DNA of 62,833 nucleotides, the filler included, from Folioceros fuciformis (lineage: Eukaryota), in assembly GCA_049999805.1 (NCBI GenBank). It is 5 parts of 4 records of this genome, joined end to end, with 100 filler letters (N's around TTAATTAATTAA, not from the genome) between each part and the next. Parts side by side here need not be neighbours in the genome. Positions count along the whole stretch, not along the records: positions 21,334 to 39,403 come from JBNGIO010005752.1; positions 39,504 to 52,116 come from JBNGIO010005754.1; 3 more parts are not named here. The stretch is one strand, 5' to 3'. The position numbers and the translations under genes were made by a program. Every line of letters begins with the position of its first letter. Within the stretch, counting starts at the first letter, position 1. This document shows positions 37,180-49,282 of this stretch, one piece after another. The notes under the pieces were generated by a model that was not told where the DNA came from, did no database searches, and saw only the letters and a program-made list of their open reading frames with translations.

Positions 37180-39201
37180 TTAGACATCCACAATCGCGAA
37201 GGCGCGCGAAACGGAAGTACAGATCGTGCGTGCGAGGGAAGAATGTGGTGAGGAATGGAATGCGATTGTGAGCCCAGGAATGGCTGGGAGGACAGGTCCT
37301 CGGGCGGCCCCAGGCGGGGGTGCGCCCTCGTACGAAGAATGGTCTACCCGCAGAGTCTCCCAGTCCTTGATATGGCACCTCTCCAGAGCCCGCTGCAGGC
37401 GAGGAAGACGAGTGGTGGGCCAGGCGCCGTCGGGCGTGACGACGACGGCGCCAGCGAAGGTCTGCCCGGTGCGCTGCGCGGCGCCTACGGAGTGGGAGAG
37501 CATCCACGACAGGTCGGGGGCTGCCTCCACGATGCTCCAGAACTCGCGCGTCATTACCCCGTTGTCCAGGAAGGAGAAGTGGAAGGTGCCAGGCTGCTCG
37601 GCCCGGCGCACTGTGTAGTGTCGTCTCCGCCAGGGCGACTCGCCGTGGCTCCCAGACACTCGGAACACGGGGTCGTACCAGATGCGCCCGTCCGAGGCCC
37701 GGTAGAACGTCTGCACCTGGGACCGGAACTGGCTGGCGATGGGGAACATGTTGCCGGCGATCTTCCAGCTCCAGCCCAGCTCCAGCCAACCAGGAGGGCC
37801 TCCGCGAGCGCGTGGCTCATGGGGTGGCTCCGGAACCCGGGAATGGGGTCCACGGCCAGGTGCATCGGAGCCTGCGCGTTCAGGTCCAGGCACTTGTGGC
37901 GCTCCAGGAGGCAGAGGCTGAGTGCCTCGAGGGACGCGTTCTCGTGCTGGACGATGCAGCGGTACGTGCCGAACTAGTCCGTGGGGTCGCATGCCTGCAT
38001 GGAGCGGAGAGCCCGCCGGGCCTCGGGGTCCGCCAGGCAGGCGGCCAGCTTCGGGAGGCAGTTGCTCGTTGCGCAGAGCAGGAAGCCGGGGCCGCGGGCT
38101 TGGAGTTTCTGGAGGGATGGGACCGGCGTCACGTAGCTGTCGACCAGCAGCTGGAGGGCTGTCAGGATGTTGTTGCTGCTCTTCCGGTGCCAGATCTCGG
38201 TTGCCTTCCGCATCTTACTGCGCGCCTCTTGCTTCCTGTTCCAGTGGAAGAGCTCGAGGTTGAGGGGTGCCGGGAGCGGGATGTGGGGGGGGGGGCGACC
38301 GGCACCTCGCCCAGTCGGGACGGCAGGGAGGGGTGGCAGTCGAATGCGGCCAGCGTCGGATGTGGGATGTTGCAAGAGCGAGGTGCGTTGCGGTCAATGC
38401 GTCCTCCACTTGTACGGTGACTACCATGTCGGCTTCATGTAAGCTCGCTGCCCGGGCGAGTCCCAGCAGGCTTGGAATTCCCAAGTGGCCAAAATTCATT
38501 CCCATGGTCAGAGTTTTGATTAGTTCTAGCGTCTGTCTGGCAGGAGGAAACGTGCCTGCAACTGCCTCAAGGAAGGATGAGGAGACGACAGAGTTTGAAC
38601 GTAACCAAACGAATCATTCAAGATGTGAGTACGCGAGCATAAGGAAGGAGGAGACTGGAAGAATCGACTCGATCAGGCGGAAACGGGGAAGAGTCAAGTA
38701 TATGAACTCATATCTGACAAGGTCAGACGCTTCCAACACTATCATCTCCAATCCCGTATCGGCCCGCCCTAATTTGCGAGCCCTCTGCTCCATCACATCC
38801 CTCCAGGATGCGCTTCCCCAGGGGCTCGTCTTCCTACTTCCGACCACAGCGAGCACCCTGGCCTTCGCCCCGGCCAAGAATTCTGGTTCTCCAGAGGGCT
38901 GCGGGGATGATACAGGAGCTTCCGTGGGACAATCAACTCTTTCAAGTTGTAATTCGGGAACAAGGGGCAGACTGGCGAATACGGGCTTCCTCAGCCCTCC
39001 GAATGCTCTCGACGTTGTCAAGCGCTGGACTTGATCGTCATTGCGGCGACTGCCATTCCTCGACTTGGACGACGTTCTTCGCAGGCTTCCGATCATAGCC
39101 AGCCTGGCACAGCCCTTGCGTCCCAGCCGTCGCATACAACTTCCTGCTGGATGCGTCAACATCAGGCCTGAAGCGGGGGCATTCCCCGCTAGCATCTCCA
39201 T
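37180..39201 (-). pseudogene. VDR: Violaxanthin de-epoxidase-related (VDR-like) gene, disrupted
   Basis: N-terminal RVLAVVG..SPWGSASWRDVM, central ACLADP..ACDPTD*FGTYRCI..LSLCLLERHKCL, and lipocalin-like WYDPVF..WRRRHY.VRR..PGTFHFSFLDNGV..EFW..DLSW..GAA..GQ.FAGAVVVTPDG. In-frame TAG at 37974-37976 and frameshifts near 38360, 38290-38250 and 37785. Start codon uncertain. Confidence 0.75.
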
Positions 39202-39549
39202 CTCCTCACACCAGTACTCGTGCAGCCAGATCTCGCACCTCCAACCCAGTCCTTTGGGGCTGCGATTAAGATATGAAGGAGGAGGAGCTGGGATAGCCTC
39301 ACAGAGTCGTTTCTCCTTCCCCAGCAGTTCGTCTGGAATTCCTGTCAGGGTGCCTGTACCTGAGCATCTTCTCATCCTGACCACCTCCTCCACGCAGTAG
39401 CTCNNNNNNNNNNNNNNNNNNNNNNNNNNNNNNNNNNNNNNNNNNNNTTAATTAATTAANNNNNNNNNNNNNNNNNNNNNNNNNNNNNNNNNNNNNNNNN
39501 NNNAGGTATATAACAATGTAACTTAAGAAATATTTAATAACTCTAACAG

Positions 39550-42338
39550 TTTGTGGACCTATGCCCACTGTATCGTTAGGGGGTGCATCCTATTTTGTCA
39601 CTTTCATTGATGACTTCTCATGCAAGGTGTGGGTTTATACTTTGAGGAAAAAGGATGATGTTCTGACAGTGTTTCAGAAATTTGTCACCCTTGTGGAGAA
39701 TCAGTCTGGCCTCCGGCTGAAGTGTCTGAGGACCGAAAATGAGGAAGAGTATGTCTCGAAGGCTTTCCAGTCATTCTCTGATTCCAAGGGAATCAAGAGA
39801 GAATTGACTGCGCCATACACTCCTCCCCAAAATGGTGTGGCTGAACGAATGAACAGGACCATCCAGGAGAGGATGCGTAGTTTATTGTCAAACTCTGGAT
39901 TGCCTAACGGATTTTGGGTGGAAGCAGTGGTTACTGCAGTGCATCTTATTATCAGATCTCCTAATAGGGCTGTGGATGAACAGGTTCCAGAGGAGATGTG
40001 GTCTGGAAAGAAGCCGTCATACAAGCATCTACGAGTGTTTGGCTACGAGGCATACTACCATGTTCCTAAGGAGTTTCGGGACAAGTCGGAACCCAAGTCC
40101 AAGAAATGTATTTTTCTTGGCTATGGTGAATCTGGTGAGATGGGATACCGTCTGTAGGATCCAGAGGCCAAGAGGATGATTCGCCTCAATGACGTGTCCT
40201 TCAATGAGACCAAGATGCTCAAGAAGCCTACTCCAACTGTGGAGGTGCGACAAGTGGTCTTCCAAGAAGATGGACTTGACCATCATGCGCAGGTTGAACG
40301 TCGTGATGTGCAGGAACAAGTTCCTCCACTTGTACAAGAGGAGAGAGTGCAACCAGCTCCGGTCGAGGCGCCAATGCTTCATAGGTCAGGAAGGATCTCA
40401 CGTCCTCGTGACATGTATGTTACATCTCTTGATTATGTCATGCTGACGGATTGTGGGGAGCCCTCTTGTTATCAAGAGGCCATGTCAGTGATTGACAAGG
40501 ACAAGTGGGAGAAGGCGATGCAGTCATAGATGGATTCCCTCCATAAGAACCAAACTTGGGAGTTGGTTCAGTTGCCTAGGGGCAAGAAGGCGTTGCCATG
40601 CAAATGGGTGTATAAGATGAAGGACATACCCCATTATGGCAAACCCAAGTACAAGGCACGATTGGTTGCGAAGGGTTTTAAGCAATTGCAAGGTATTGAC
40701 TTTGACTCTCACCAGTTGTCAAAATGACCACCTTGCGATGTGTTCTTGGTCTGGTTGCGAGGCTGGACATGGAACTTGTCCAGATGGATGTGAAGTCGGC
40801 ACTTTTGCATGGTGATCTCCAGGAAGAGGTATACATGAAGCAACCAAAGGGTTTCATTGAGAAGGGCAAAGAGAATCTAGTGTGCAGGCTAAAGAAGAGC
40901 CTTTATGGTTTGAAGCAGGCACCCAGGGAGTGGTATTTCAAGTTCCACTCATTTATGCTTTCTCAAGGCTACAAGTGTAGCGATGAGGATCATTGCCTCT
41001 ATACGAAGCAAGCTAAGGATAGAACCTTGCTCATTCTGGTCCTTTATGTGGATGATATGCTAATTGCTGGGACTAACAGTGATGAGATTTCAGTGTTGAA
41101 GTCAAAGTTGAATGCTCGCTTTGACATGATAGACTTGGGAGAGGCAAGCCATATTTTTGGCATGCGTATTCGTCGACACAGACAGAAGCATTTGCTTTAC
41201 TTGTCTCAGACTGACTACATTAACAAGGTGCTTCAACGTTTCAATATAGAGAAGGGGAAGGTATTGAGTACTCCGTTGCCTCCATATGTGAAACTTTCGA
41301 GCAAAGATTGCCCAAGCTCCACGGAGGACAAAGCTGAAATGGAGAAAGTTCCATACTCATCACCTGTGGGGAGTTTGATGTATGCAATGATTGCTACGCG
41401 TTCTGACATTACGTTTGCACTGGGAGTGGTTAGCAGGTTTATGTCAAACCCTGGCAGGAAGCATTGGGAGGCAATGAAAGGAGTTATGAGGTACTTGAAT
41501 GGTACAAAAGCTTTGTGCATATGTTTTGGTAGTGAAGATGCATCTGTTGTGGGATATACGGATGCTGATTATGCATGGCATATGGACAAAAGGAGGTCCA
41601 CATCCGATTATGTCTTCATGTGCACTGAAGGGGCAATCTCATGGCGATCGCGTTTGCAATCGTGCATAACGCTATCTACCACAGAGGCCAAGTATGTTGC
41701 AGCGACTGAGGCATGCAAGGAAGCCTTGTGGCTTGCTCGTTTAGTGGGAGATTTGGGGATCAAGGTTGATCTGCCAGTGTTGCATTGTGATAGCTAGAGT
41801 GCTATCCAATTGGCAAAGAATCCAGTGTTTCATGTGAAGACCAAACATGTGGAAGTGAAGTATCACTTCATTCGAGAGGTGTTGGAAGATTATAGGGTAC
41901 AACTTGTCAAAATTCACACCAGTCAGAACCTTTTAGATGTTCTTACCAAGGGGCTCTCTACGGAGCAATTCGCACAAGCTCGGACACTCATGGGCATTAG
42001 GTAGACCACTCTCCTATAAAGGTAAATTGGCCTTTAAGTGGGAGGTTGTAGGGTTATTAAAGCCCAATGTGCTTAGACTAATGTGTTTAGTCTAAGATTA
42101 GTGTCTAGTTAAGTATCATTAGTTTAGTTTAGCTTAAGCTAATCTACAGGAAGCTTCTTATGCAGCTTCCTGTGGGCTTCTCGTGAAGCTTCCTAGGAAG
42201 CTCTTCTAGAGGGTATAAATACCCCCTTGAGCTCCCTTGTATTGTGAGACTCAATGTAAGAGTGTGACCTCTCTTTCTCCTCTCCTTCTTGCCTTCTGCT
42301 CTCCTCTCCTTCACCATGCTCCTCTAGCCATCCTTTCA
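39550..42338 (+). mobile_element. Ty1/Copia retrotransposon family A, 3' half (integrase, RT, RNase H, PPT, 3' LTR), degenerate
   Basis: [59 protein letters not shown] and TKHVEVKYHFIRE. A purine tract AAGTGGGAGGT precedes the LTR start TGTAGGG at 42047. Confidence 0.92.
42047..42338 (+). repeat. 3' LTR of Copia family A
   Basis: TG...CA ends and an internal TATAAATA; aligns along its length with 55738-56031. Confidence 0.85.
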
Positions 42339-43798
42339 AGGCGGGCCTCGGCAGGATCCGGGCTGGATCCAAGTGCCCAGGGAGGCGGCGCTGGATCTGG
42401 GCAGGCGGCCTGAATGGCGGCTAGGCCAGCAGCACGGACACCCGGCTGCAGGCAGGGAGGGCGTCGAGATCTAGGTAGCCATGGCTAGCTGGCTAGGATT
42501 GCGAGGGGGGCTGGCTCCCTGGCTAGATCCAAGGGGGTAGGCAGGTGCCCCATCAGCGCAGGCAGCCAGCGGGCTAGCCAGAAGCAGGCTGGCAGGGGGT
42601 TGGCTGGCGAAGCAGAAGGAGAAGGGCGACTTGCCTGACACGTCCATGCTGCCCTCGCGCCTTCACATTGCAAAAGACGACTCTCATATTGATCGGGACA
42701 GACAAGTTGCAGGTCACTACCTCCAGGTGGCGGGGGCTGGAGGTTCCCATGTTGCTCTGCCTGTGGAATCAGATAGTGAGAAGAACGGCAGGGTTTTGAC
42801 GTCGGTGCGTATTCCTCTTGAGTGGGGTGGTTATGGCCAGCTCTTTGTCCAAGAGATCACAGGTGCTGGGAGACTTGTCAAAGCTGCTTGGTTTGGTTGG
42901 CAAGGAAACCCCAACCTGCAGGACGGGGCCCAATGGGAGAAACTGTGCAGGAACTAGGTTATTCCATGATGGGTTTTCTTACAGTGATGGCATTGGTAGA
43001 GCTGGTTTTTGGGAGCCCATAGTTGGAAAAGATGGGAACGAGAAGGCTGTCCCTTCAGGCATGCACATGCGCTCTGATTTCAATGATGAGCCCCTTGTAG
43101 CGGCGGTTTGCAAAGGCTCATGGGATCGAGAGCATAGCGATAAGGGTTGCAATTGCAAAGGTCAAGTGGGCAGTCTCCATCGCTGAATAAGAAGTTCTCA
43201 CCGAAACATTTCCGCCGGGACTGAGCCCATAGTTGGAAAAGATGGGAACGGGAAGGCTGTCCCTTCAGGCATGCATATGCGCGCTGATTTCAATGATGTG
43301 CCCCTTGTAGCGGTGGTTTGCGAAGGCTCATGGGATCAAGAACATAGCAATAAGGGTTGCAACTGCAAAGGTCAAGTGGGCAGTCTCCATCGCTGAATAA
43401 GAAGTTCTCACCAAAACATTTCCGCCGGGACTAGAAGCGAAGACAGGGGAAGTCAGTGGAGTGAAGTGTGAGCTGCTGGGGTGTAGAAGTGTGAGCTGAA
43501 GTGAAGAGGTGAGTGACTGAAGTGAAGTGATGGGCTGAAGTGGAGACATGAAGGGCTGAAGACTGAAGTGCTGGAGTGTGGAATTATTGGGCTAAGCTGA
43601 GGATAGGCTAAGGATTCTGACCTTTTTGCTGGAGTACGGTCAAGGTTAGGAACCGGCTGATAGATATGGTGAGAGTACGAAATTGCAGGTACCCTTGACA
43701 CTAGTTCACTCCCTTGGGAGCGAATCATAAGACTGCAACGACAATAAGGGGAAGTGTGGCCCCTTTGGTGGTTCTTGGGTGTAAGAAATCACTCCACA
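42339..43798 (+). mobile_element. Right part of a large LTR, containing a 210-bp tandem duplication (43013-43432)
   Basis: Ends ACTCCACA with the shared 3' block. GGCTAGGCCAGCAGCACGGACACCCGGC (~42419-42446) matches the reverse complement of ~60165-60192. Confidence 0.65.
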
Positions 43799-46700
43799 GT
43801 AAGGCTTTTCTGACCATTGGGATCTAGGAGGTCGATTTCTAGTGGAGCATCTCAAGGCTCCCACTGGCTGCAAGTTGTCTCTTGGTTGACGAGGTTGTGA
43901 GGGGACAAGATGATTAGGTTGAGGTTCGACAGGCTAGTCAGCAACAAAGTCATCAATAAAATCTTCAGCTATGTTTCCCCTCTCAAGGTCACTATCTATA
44001 TCACTATCTGAGGTATGGCCTTGATTAATTAGCTGATTGACTTGGGGACCAGCTGGGAATGGTTGGCCTAATGGAAGTTGCTGACCTGCTGGAAATGGTG
44101 CTCCCACTACAGCTAGAGCTCGTGCTAATAGGGTATCATCCTCCTCGTCCTCCATAATATCTTCAAGATCATCCTCCAAGGGAAACTCCTCAAGGGAGGT
44201 GAGAGTCTCATGAGGTAAGGAATTTGTAACCTTAGGTTGAAGGGCTCTCTTCTCATTAAAAATGACTGATCTTGCATGAAACACCTTGTGCTTGAGGGGA
44301 TCATACAGCTTGTAGCCGTGAATCCCATATGTATAGCCAATGAAGATGCATGGTGTAGTCTTGGAGTACAATTTCTGCGTAACTGCTGAGGTACATGTGC
44401 ATATGCAGGGCTACCAAATATGCAATGAAGAAACATCCGGCTTCCTATTGTGCCCAGCCTCAAAGGGTGTTACCTTAGCAAGTGTAGCAGTAGGGAGGAT
44501 GTTCTGTAGGCAGGCTGTTGTAGCAATAGTTTCGGCCCAAAATTTAGGGTTTAGAGGTAATCCTGCTTGATGAAGCATGCTTAGGGCTGATTCTTGCAGC
44601 GATCTATGCTTACGCTTTGCTCTCCCATTCATCTCTGAATTATAGGGGATTGTCAATTGACGAGTGATTCCCCTCTGTCTGTAGAAATCTTCAAACTCAT
44701 TGGAAAGGTATTCGCCACCATTATCCAAGCGAAGAGACTTCAACAACTTGCCAGTATGACGCTCTGCATAGGCCAAGTAATCCTGAAAAGTCTGGAAAAC
44801 CTCACTCTCTGCCTTCAGGATATACAGAACTGTAAAATGTGAATAGTCATCCATATAGACTAAAAAATATCTGCCACCTTCTATGGAGGGTATTGACATA
44901 GGACCACAAACATCTGAGTGAATAAGAGACAATAGCTCAGTTTTGCCCTTTCCACTACCGAAATGTTGTTTCCTTTGTTTTCCATGGATGCAGGCTTCAC
45001 AAATTTTTTTTGGAATATGCTTAATAGATTCCATACCACTTACCAGCTGTTCCTTCACTATCCTGGTCATGATTGCAGTTCCTAGATGCCCTAAACGGCA
45101 ATGCCATGTGAAGGCTGAAGATGAATTAGGATTCAACGAGGAAACTGCATAATTATGAGCTGCAGGTATACTATCATTCTCACACAACAATGGAGTTATA
45201 TTCAATTTATATAGGTCATTATGTGCAAGTCCTATAGCAACTGGAATTTGCATATTTGATTTCCTATAAATATAACATGCCTCATCTTTTAGCATAGTTC
45301 TGTAGAGCTTAGTTCTGCCTAAGCACATGCTGCTAACAAAGGTTTTTGGCTATAGCAGGAAGGGTGTTTATCAAATTGAGAATGCTACCATCTGCCATTT
45401 GCATAGATACTGTGCCAGATCCAACAATGTCCGTGGATGTGTCATTGCCAAGGTAAACTTTTCTTCCAAGTGGAGATGACACATAGTCTTGAAAGACTAA
45501 TTTTTCTAAACACATATGATTTGATGCCCCACTGTCCTAGAACCAACTGTATCTATCTACAGCTGAGGATGTTAAACAAACAACAAGCATACCGGGGGTT
45601 GAGCTCCTTACTACGTTAGCCTCAATTTTTAGTTTGCCATTATCCTCATCAAATTTCCTGCAATTCTTAGCCCAATGTCCAGGTTTTTTGCAATAATTGC
45701 ATGTACCTCGTTTTCTCGTTGACTGATTCGAACTAGTACTGTGATTTGAATCAGGCCTCTTACCCCTACTAGCACTGAATCTACCTCCTCGACCACGTCC
45801 AGGTGTGAAGTTGCCTCTAGGTGAGAAGCCTTGGTCAGCATACATAGCTCTTGACGTTGATCTAGAGCCTGAAGAACCTGCTGACTTCTTCATTTGTTCA
45901 TATTGTTGGAGTGCAGCTATTACACGCTGGACAGAGAGATTAGAGGATTATGCTACCCTAGCCGAGGTAGGGGTAAGAGTTATGGATTGCTGTAGTCCGG
46001 TGTTGAATTGAGTATAGCTAGGAGGTAATGAAGCAAGTAATGTAATAGAAGCCTTATGCTCCGTTAATGTAGTCCCTACTGCTATAAGATTAGCTCGAAG
46101 TTTTCTGAATTTGTTTAGGTGATTTTCTATAGAGTCATCTTCTCGCATTTTCAGGCCATGAAGAGCCTGTTCGGCTGTGACCTTCGACATCATATCCGTG
46201 CATTGATATATGTCAGATAGTAATTCAATAGCTTCTTTAGAAGTCTTGCATAACCTGATATGATTTATCATGTCGGATGTAAGGCCAGATACCACCACTT
46301 GCAATGCTTACATATCTTTGGTTTCCCATTCATATATATCTTTTTGTGTATCCTTATTTATAGTTCCTCCTGGTGTAGGAGGTCTATTACTTCCAACTAC
46401 TGGTTTCAGTTTTGAACCATCTGCAATTTTCCATTAAATGGAATTCTTTTTTGATACAATTAATCCTAAAATACCATATATCAAACTCTCCCGTCAAATC
46501 GGTCTTTCTCTTTTAATAAATGTATAGAAGACATCTTGAGAGAATCGATATGTGCTTCTGAGCTAGCTATTCAAGCTGCTCATTTCTACGTAAAAAATTT
46601 AAATTTAATTTTTCTGAGTCCTTATTTATAAATGGAGGCTTCATAATAGGTGTCTGATGTTTTATTGATAAAATTGTTTGAATAATTAAAGCAGTTCTTC

Positions 46701-47508
46701 TATCATCTGCTGCATTATTCCTGGAATTTTGGATTGTAATTGATCTTTGAATATCAGAAACTAAACACTATAACTTATCGATTTTAGTGTTAATACCAAG
46801 AATTTCAGAATTGACTTGATTAAAGAATCTAAAATAATCTAATTCTTTCTTAATACTTGTAGGTTTAATATTTATTTGTGATGAAGCTTGCCTCCCTATC
46901 TTCTCATTATGCTCAAAAACTCCTGAGTTTAAAAACTGCCTCCTAGAAGACCTAGTAAGTCTTAAATGTTCTAATTTGTCATTAATACAATGAATAACAA
47001 TAGGAGGTTTAGAGATTAAATAACCATCTGGCTGGCAAGTTCTACAAGCATTAAACCTTTTTCTAGGCATTCTTGCTGTCTATCTTAATTCTACATATGA
47101 TTTTGTATTCAAGAAACCCATAGAATTTTCTATGTTTACATGGTTTCTTTAATAAAATGAGTCTAAAATTTAAAGAACTTTATATCTATTTTTCTAGACA
47201 TTAGATTCTAAAAAGTTTTAGACGGGATTAAAGAGAATAAAATTCTCTATTCAACCCTATAAGATCTACATGGCTCTAATACCATGTTTGAGTTTAAAAT
47301 ATCATCTTAGGCGGAAATATAAGAACCTAAACTTAAACTTGAAAGAAAATAATAATAAAATATTGAGTACAAAATTGTTTTTATGTTGTTGTTTGCCAAA
47401 TGTGGTACCCCTAGATATCTTACTTATTAATTAAACTATTAATTAAATTTATGGCATAGTAACTAATATTCTATAATTAGGGTTTATTAAGATAACCCTA
47501 TTTTAACA
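43799..47508 (-). mobile_element. Ty1/Copia retrotransposon B, 5' half (LTR ~47508-47285, PBS, gag, zinc knuckle, protease, integrase), cut off before RT
   Basis: Gag LKMREDDSIENHL..LLASLPPSY, zinc knuckle CNYCKKPGHWAKNC, and integrase WHCRLGH..CEAC, IHSDVCGP, LRLDNGGEY. Coding homology stops abruptly at 43799 (..SQWSEKPY). Confidence 0.88.
47271..47284 (-). promoter_or_regulatory. Primer-binding site complementary to initiator tRNA-Met (Copia B)
   Basis: The minus strand reads ...AAACA|TGGTATTAGAGCCA, one mismatch from canonical TGGTATCAGAGCCA, directly after the LTR-terminal CA. Confidence 0.85.
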
Positions 47509-47530
47509 CAAACACGATGTATAAGACACA

Positions 47531-49097
47531 TGTGGACGCCTCGAAAAGCAGCAAAGTAAAGATCAGCATTCCGACTTGCAGGCCTGGTGATGACCGCTAC
47601 CGGATGGGGAGATCCAAGCAAGCGAGTGCACGCAGTGTACCTGGGTGGAGGTGTCGAGATTGCGTTGCTCCACGACAGTGATCTGAGGGGCGAATCGGGA
47701 GGAAGACCCTCACCGAGTGGAAGCTCGCTTCCCTACTACCCCGAATATCTTTTGTTGTGAGAGTTGACGAGAACGTGAGGGGACGAATCCGCTGGTTGCG
47801 GAGTGGAGCGGGTTACCGTGTCCCTTATCCCCTAACGCCTCGTCAGCTGTTCTAAAGCTTGAGAAGAAGAAGGAGCGAGTGAAAGAGAAGGAGGTCAATC
47901 GAGGAGTAAGACGAGAACGAGAGGAGAAAGAAGTGTGGGAGCTGTGGCAAAAAGAAAGGGTTGTCGCAAGCTATCGGAGTCTGGGTNNNNNNNNNNNNNN
48001 NNNNNNNNNNNNNNNNNNNNNNNNNNNNNNNNNNNNNNNNNNNNNNNNNNNNNNNNNNNNNNNNNNNNNNNNNNNNNNNNNNNNNNCTGGCTAAGGAACC
48101 GTCGCGGCAGTGCACCGTGGAGGGGTTCCTGATTGCTTGTACAAGTGGCTGGAATACTGTGACCAGATTGTGAGTGAACTATGGGTGAGATTTGGACTGA
48201 GTGGGTTTTGTGTCTGGCGAGTAAGTAAGTATGCATGTATGTGTGCGGGAATCGGAGGGACATACGAAGGACGCTAGTGAGGGCGCTGTGACGAGAGGAG
48301 TAGGAGTTGCTGTATGTGATAGAGGCTGAGTAGTTTGTGAATGGTAAGAGGTCAAGAAACGTGCGAGTGAGTGACTGGCCTTGGCAAATGCCTGTCTGAG
48401 AAGTCGTGCATTGCGAACGTGCGAGTGAGTGACTGGCCTTGGCAAATGCCTATCTGAGAAGTCGTGCATTGCGCTGAGTGTGTGTTGTTTGGAGTTAAGA
48501 GCGGAAACCAGTGCAATCATAGTTGGGCCTAATCGGGGCCATAGAAGGGTGTGATCCGCAGGATAGTTTCTTGGATGCGAAGGCCGTGGGTGGAGAGTGA
48601 ATAGCAGTGAGTAGAGTAGGCAACAAGAGGCGCGTAACTGGTTAGGGGTAGCGTAAACCCCGAAAATACTGTTTAGGCTCTGCAGGTAACTTGGGTTAGA
48701 GATAGAAAGAGACTAAGAGTGGGACCCACCGAGGTAGTGGAGACCATCACCGTTGTGGAGTAGCGATCGAGGTAGTCGAGGGCTGAGGTAGCAGAAGCAC
48801 CTCCGGGGTAATTGGGAAGTCGGTAGTTGAAGAGACCCCCTTCCCCGGTAGTTGAGTACGTCCGTAAGGTAGTTCAGAGCCGTGGTAGCTAAGTTGCAAT
48901 GGAGGTAGTAGTAGTTGATCAATAGGAAGAGGAGCGGCAAGTAGGTAAAGCCTGAACTTAGGTAGTAACTGACTTTTAGAAGAAACCTGTGTTATTTGAC
49001 ACAAATCATTCCCTTGGGATCGAATCCCATGGCTACAACGACATAGAGGGCTTGTGTGGACCTCGCGGTACCCCTAGGTACAATATTTTCCCCCACA
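47531..49097 (+). mobile_element. Large LTR (solo LTR, or two ends joined across a gap)
   Basis: Starts TGTGGAC and ends CCCCACA, with the shared 3' block at ~48996-49097. There is a gap at 47987-48086 and no matching TSD was seen. Confidence 0.55.
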
Positions 49098-49282
49098 AGC
49101 GCCACAATGAAAAGGATGCGGGCCGGCCAGCATCCTTCTGGTGACAAGGAACAGATGCCACATGCCTGTTTGGCATAGGGGCTACATTTTTTTTTTATTT
49201 AGGTGCCGGATTAGAGTACTGCAACATTTCAAACACATTTATCCCAACACTAAACAATGAAGCCTTACACTCTAATCCTACC

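Noticed and set aside
37974-37976. In-frame TAG in the VDR-like gene as a U-to-C editing or readthrough site
   Set aside because: Plant U-to-C editing is organellar, and this nuclear copy also has frameshifts, so pseudogenisation is the simpler explanation.
37255-39034. Long plus-strand ORFs (37255-37977, 37812-38420, 38267-39034)
   Set aside because: Antisense shadows of GC-rich VDR coding sequence with no recognisable motifs.
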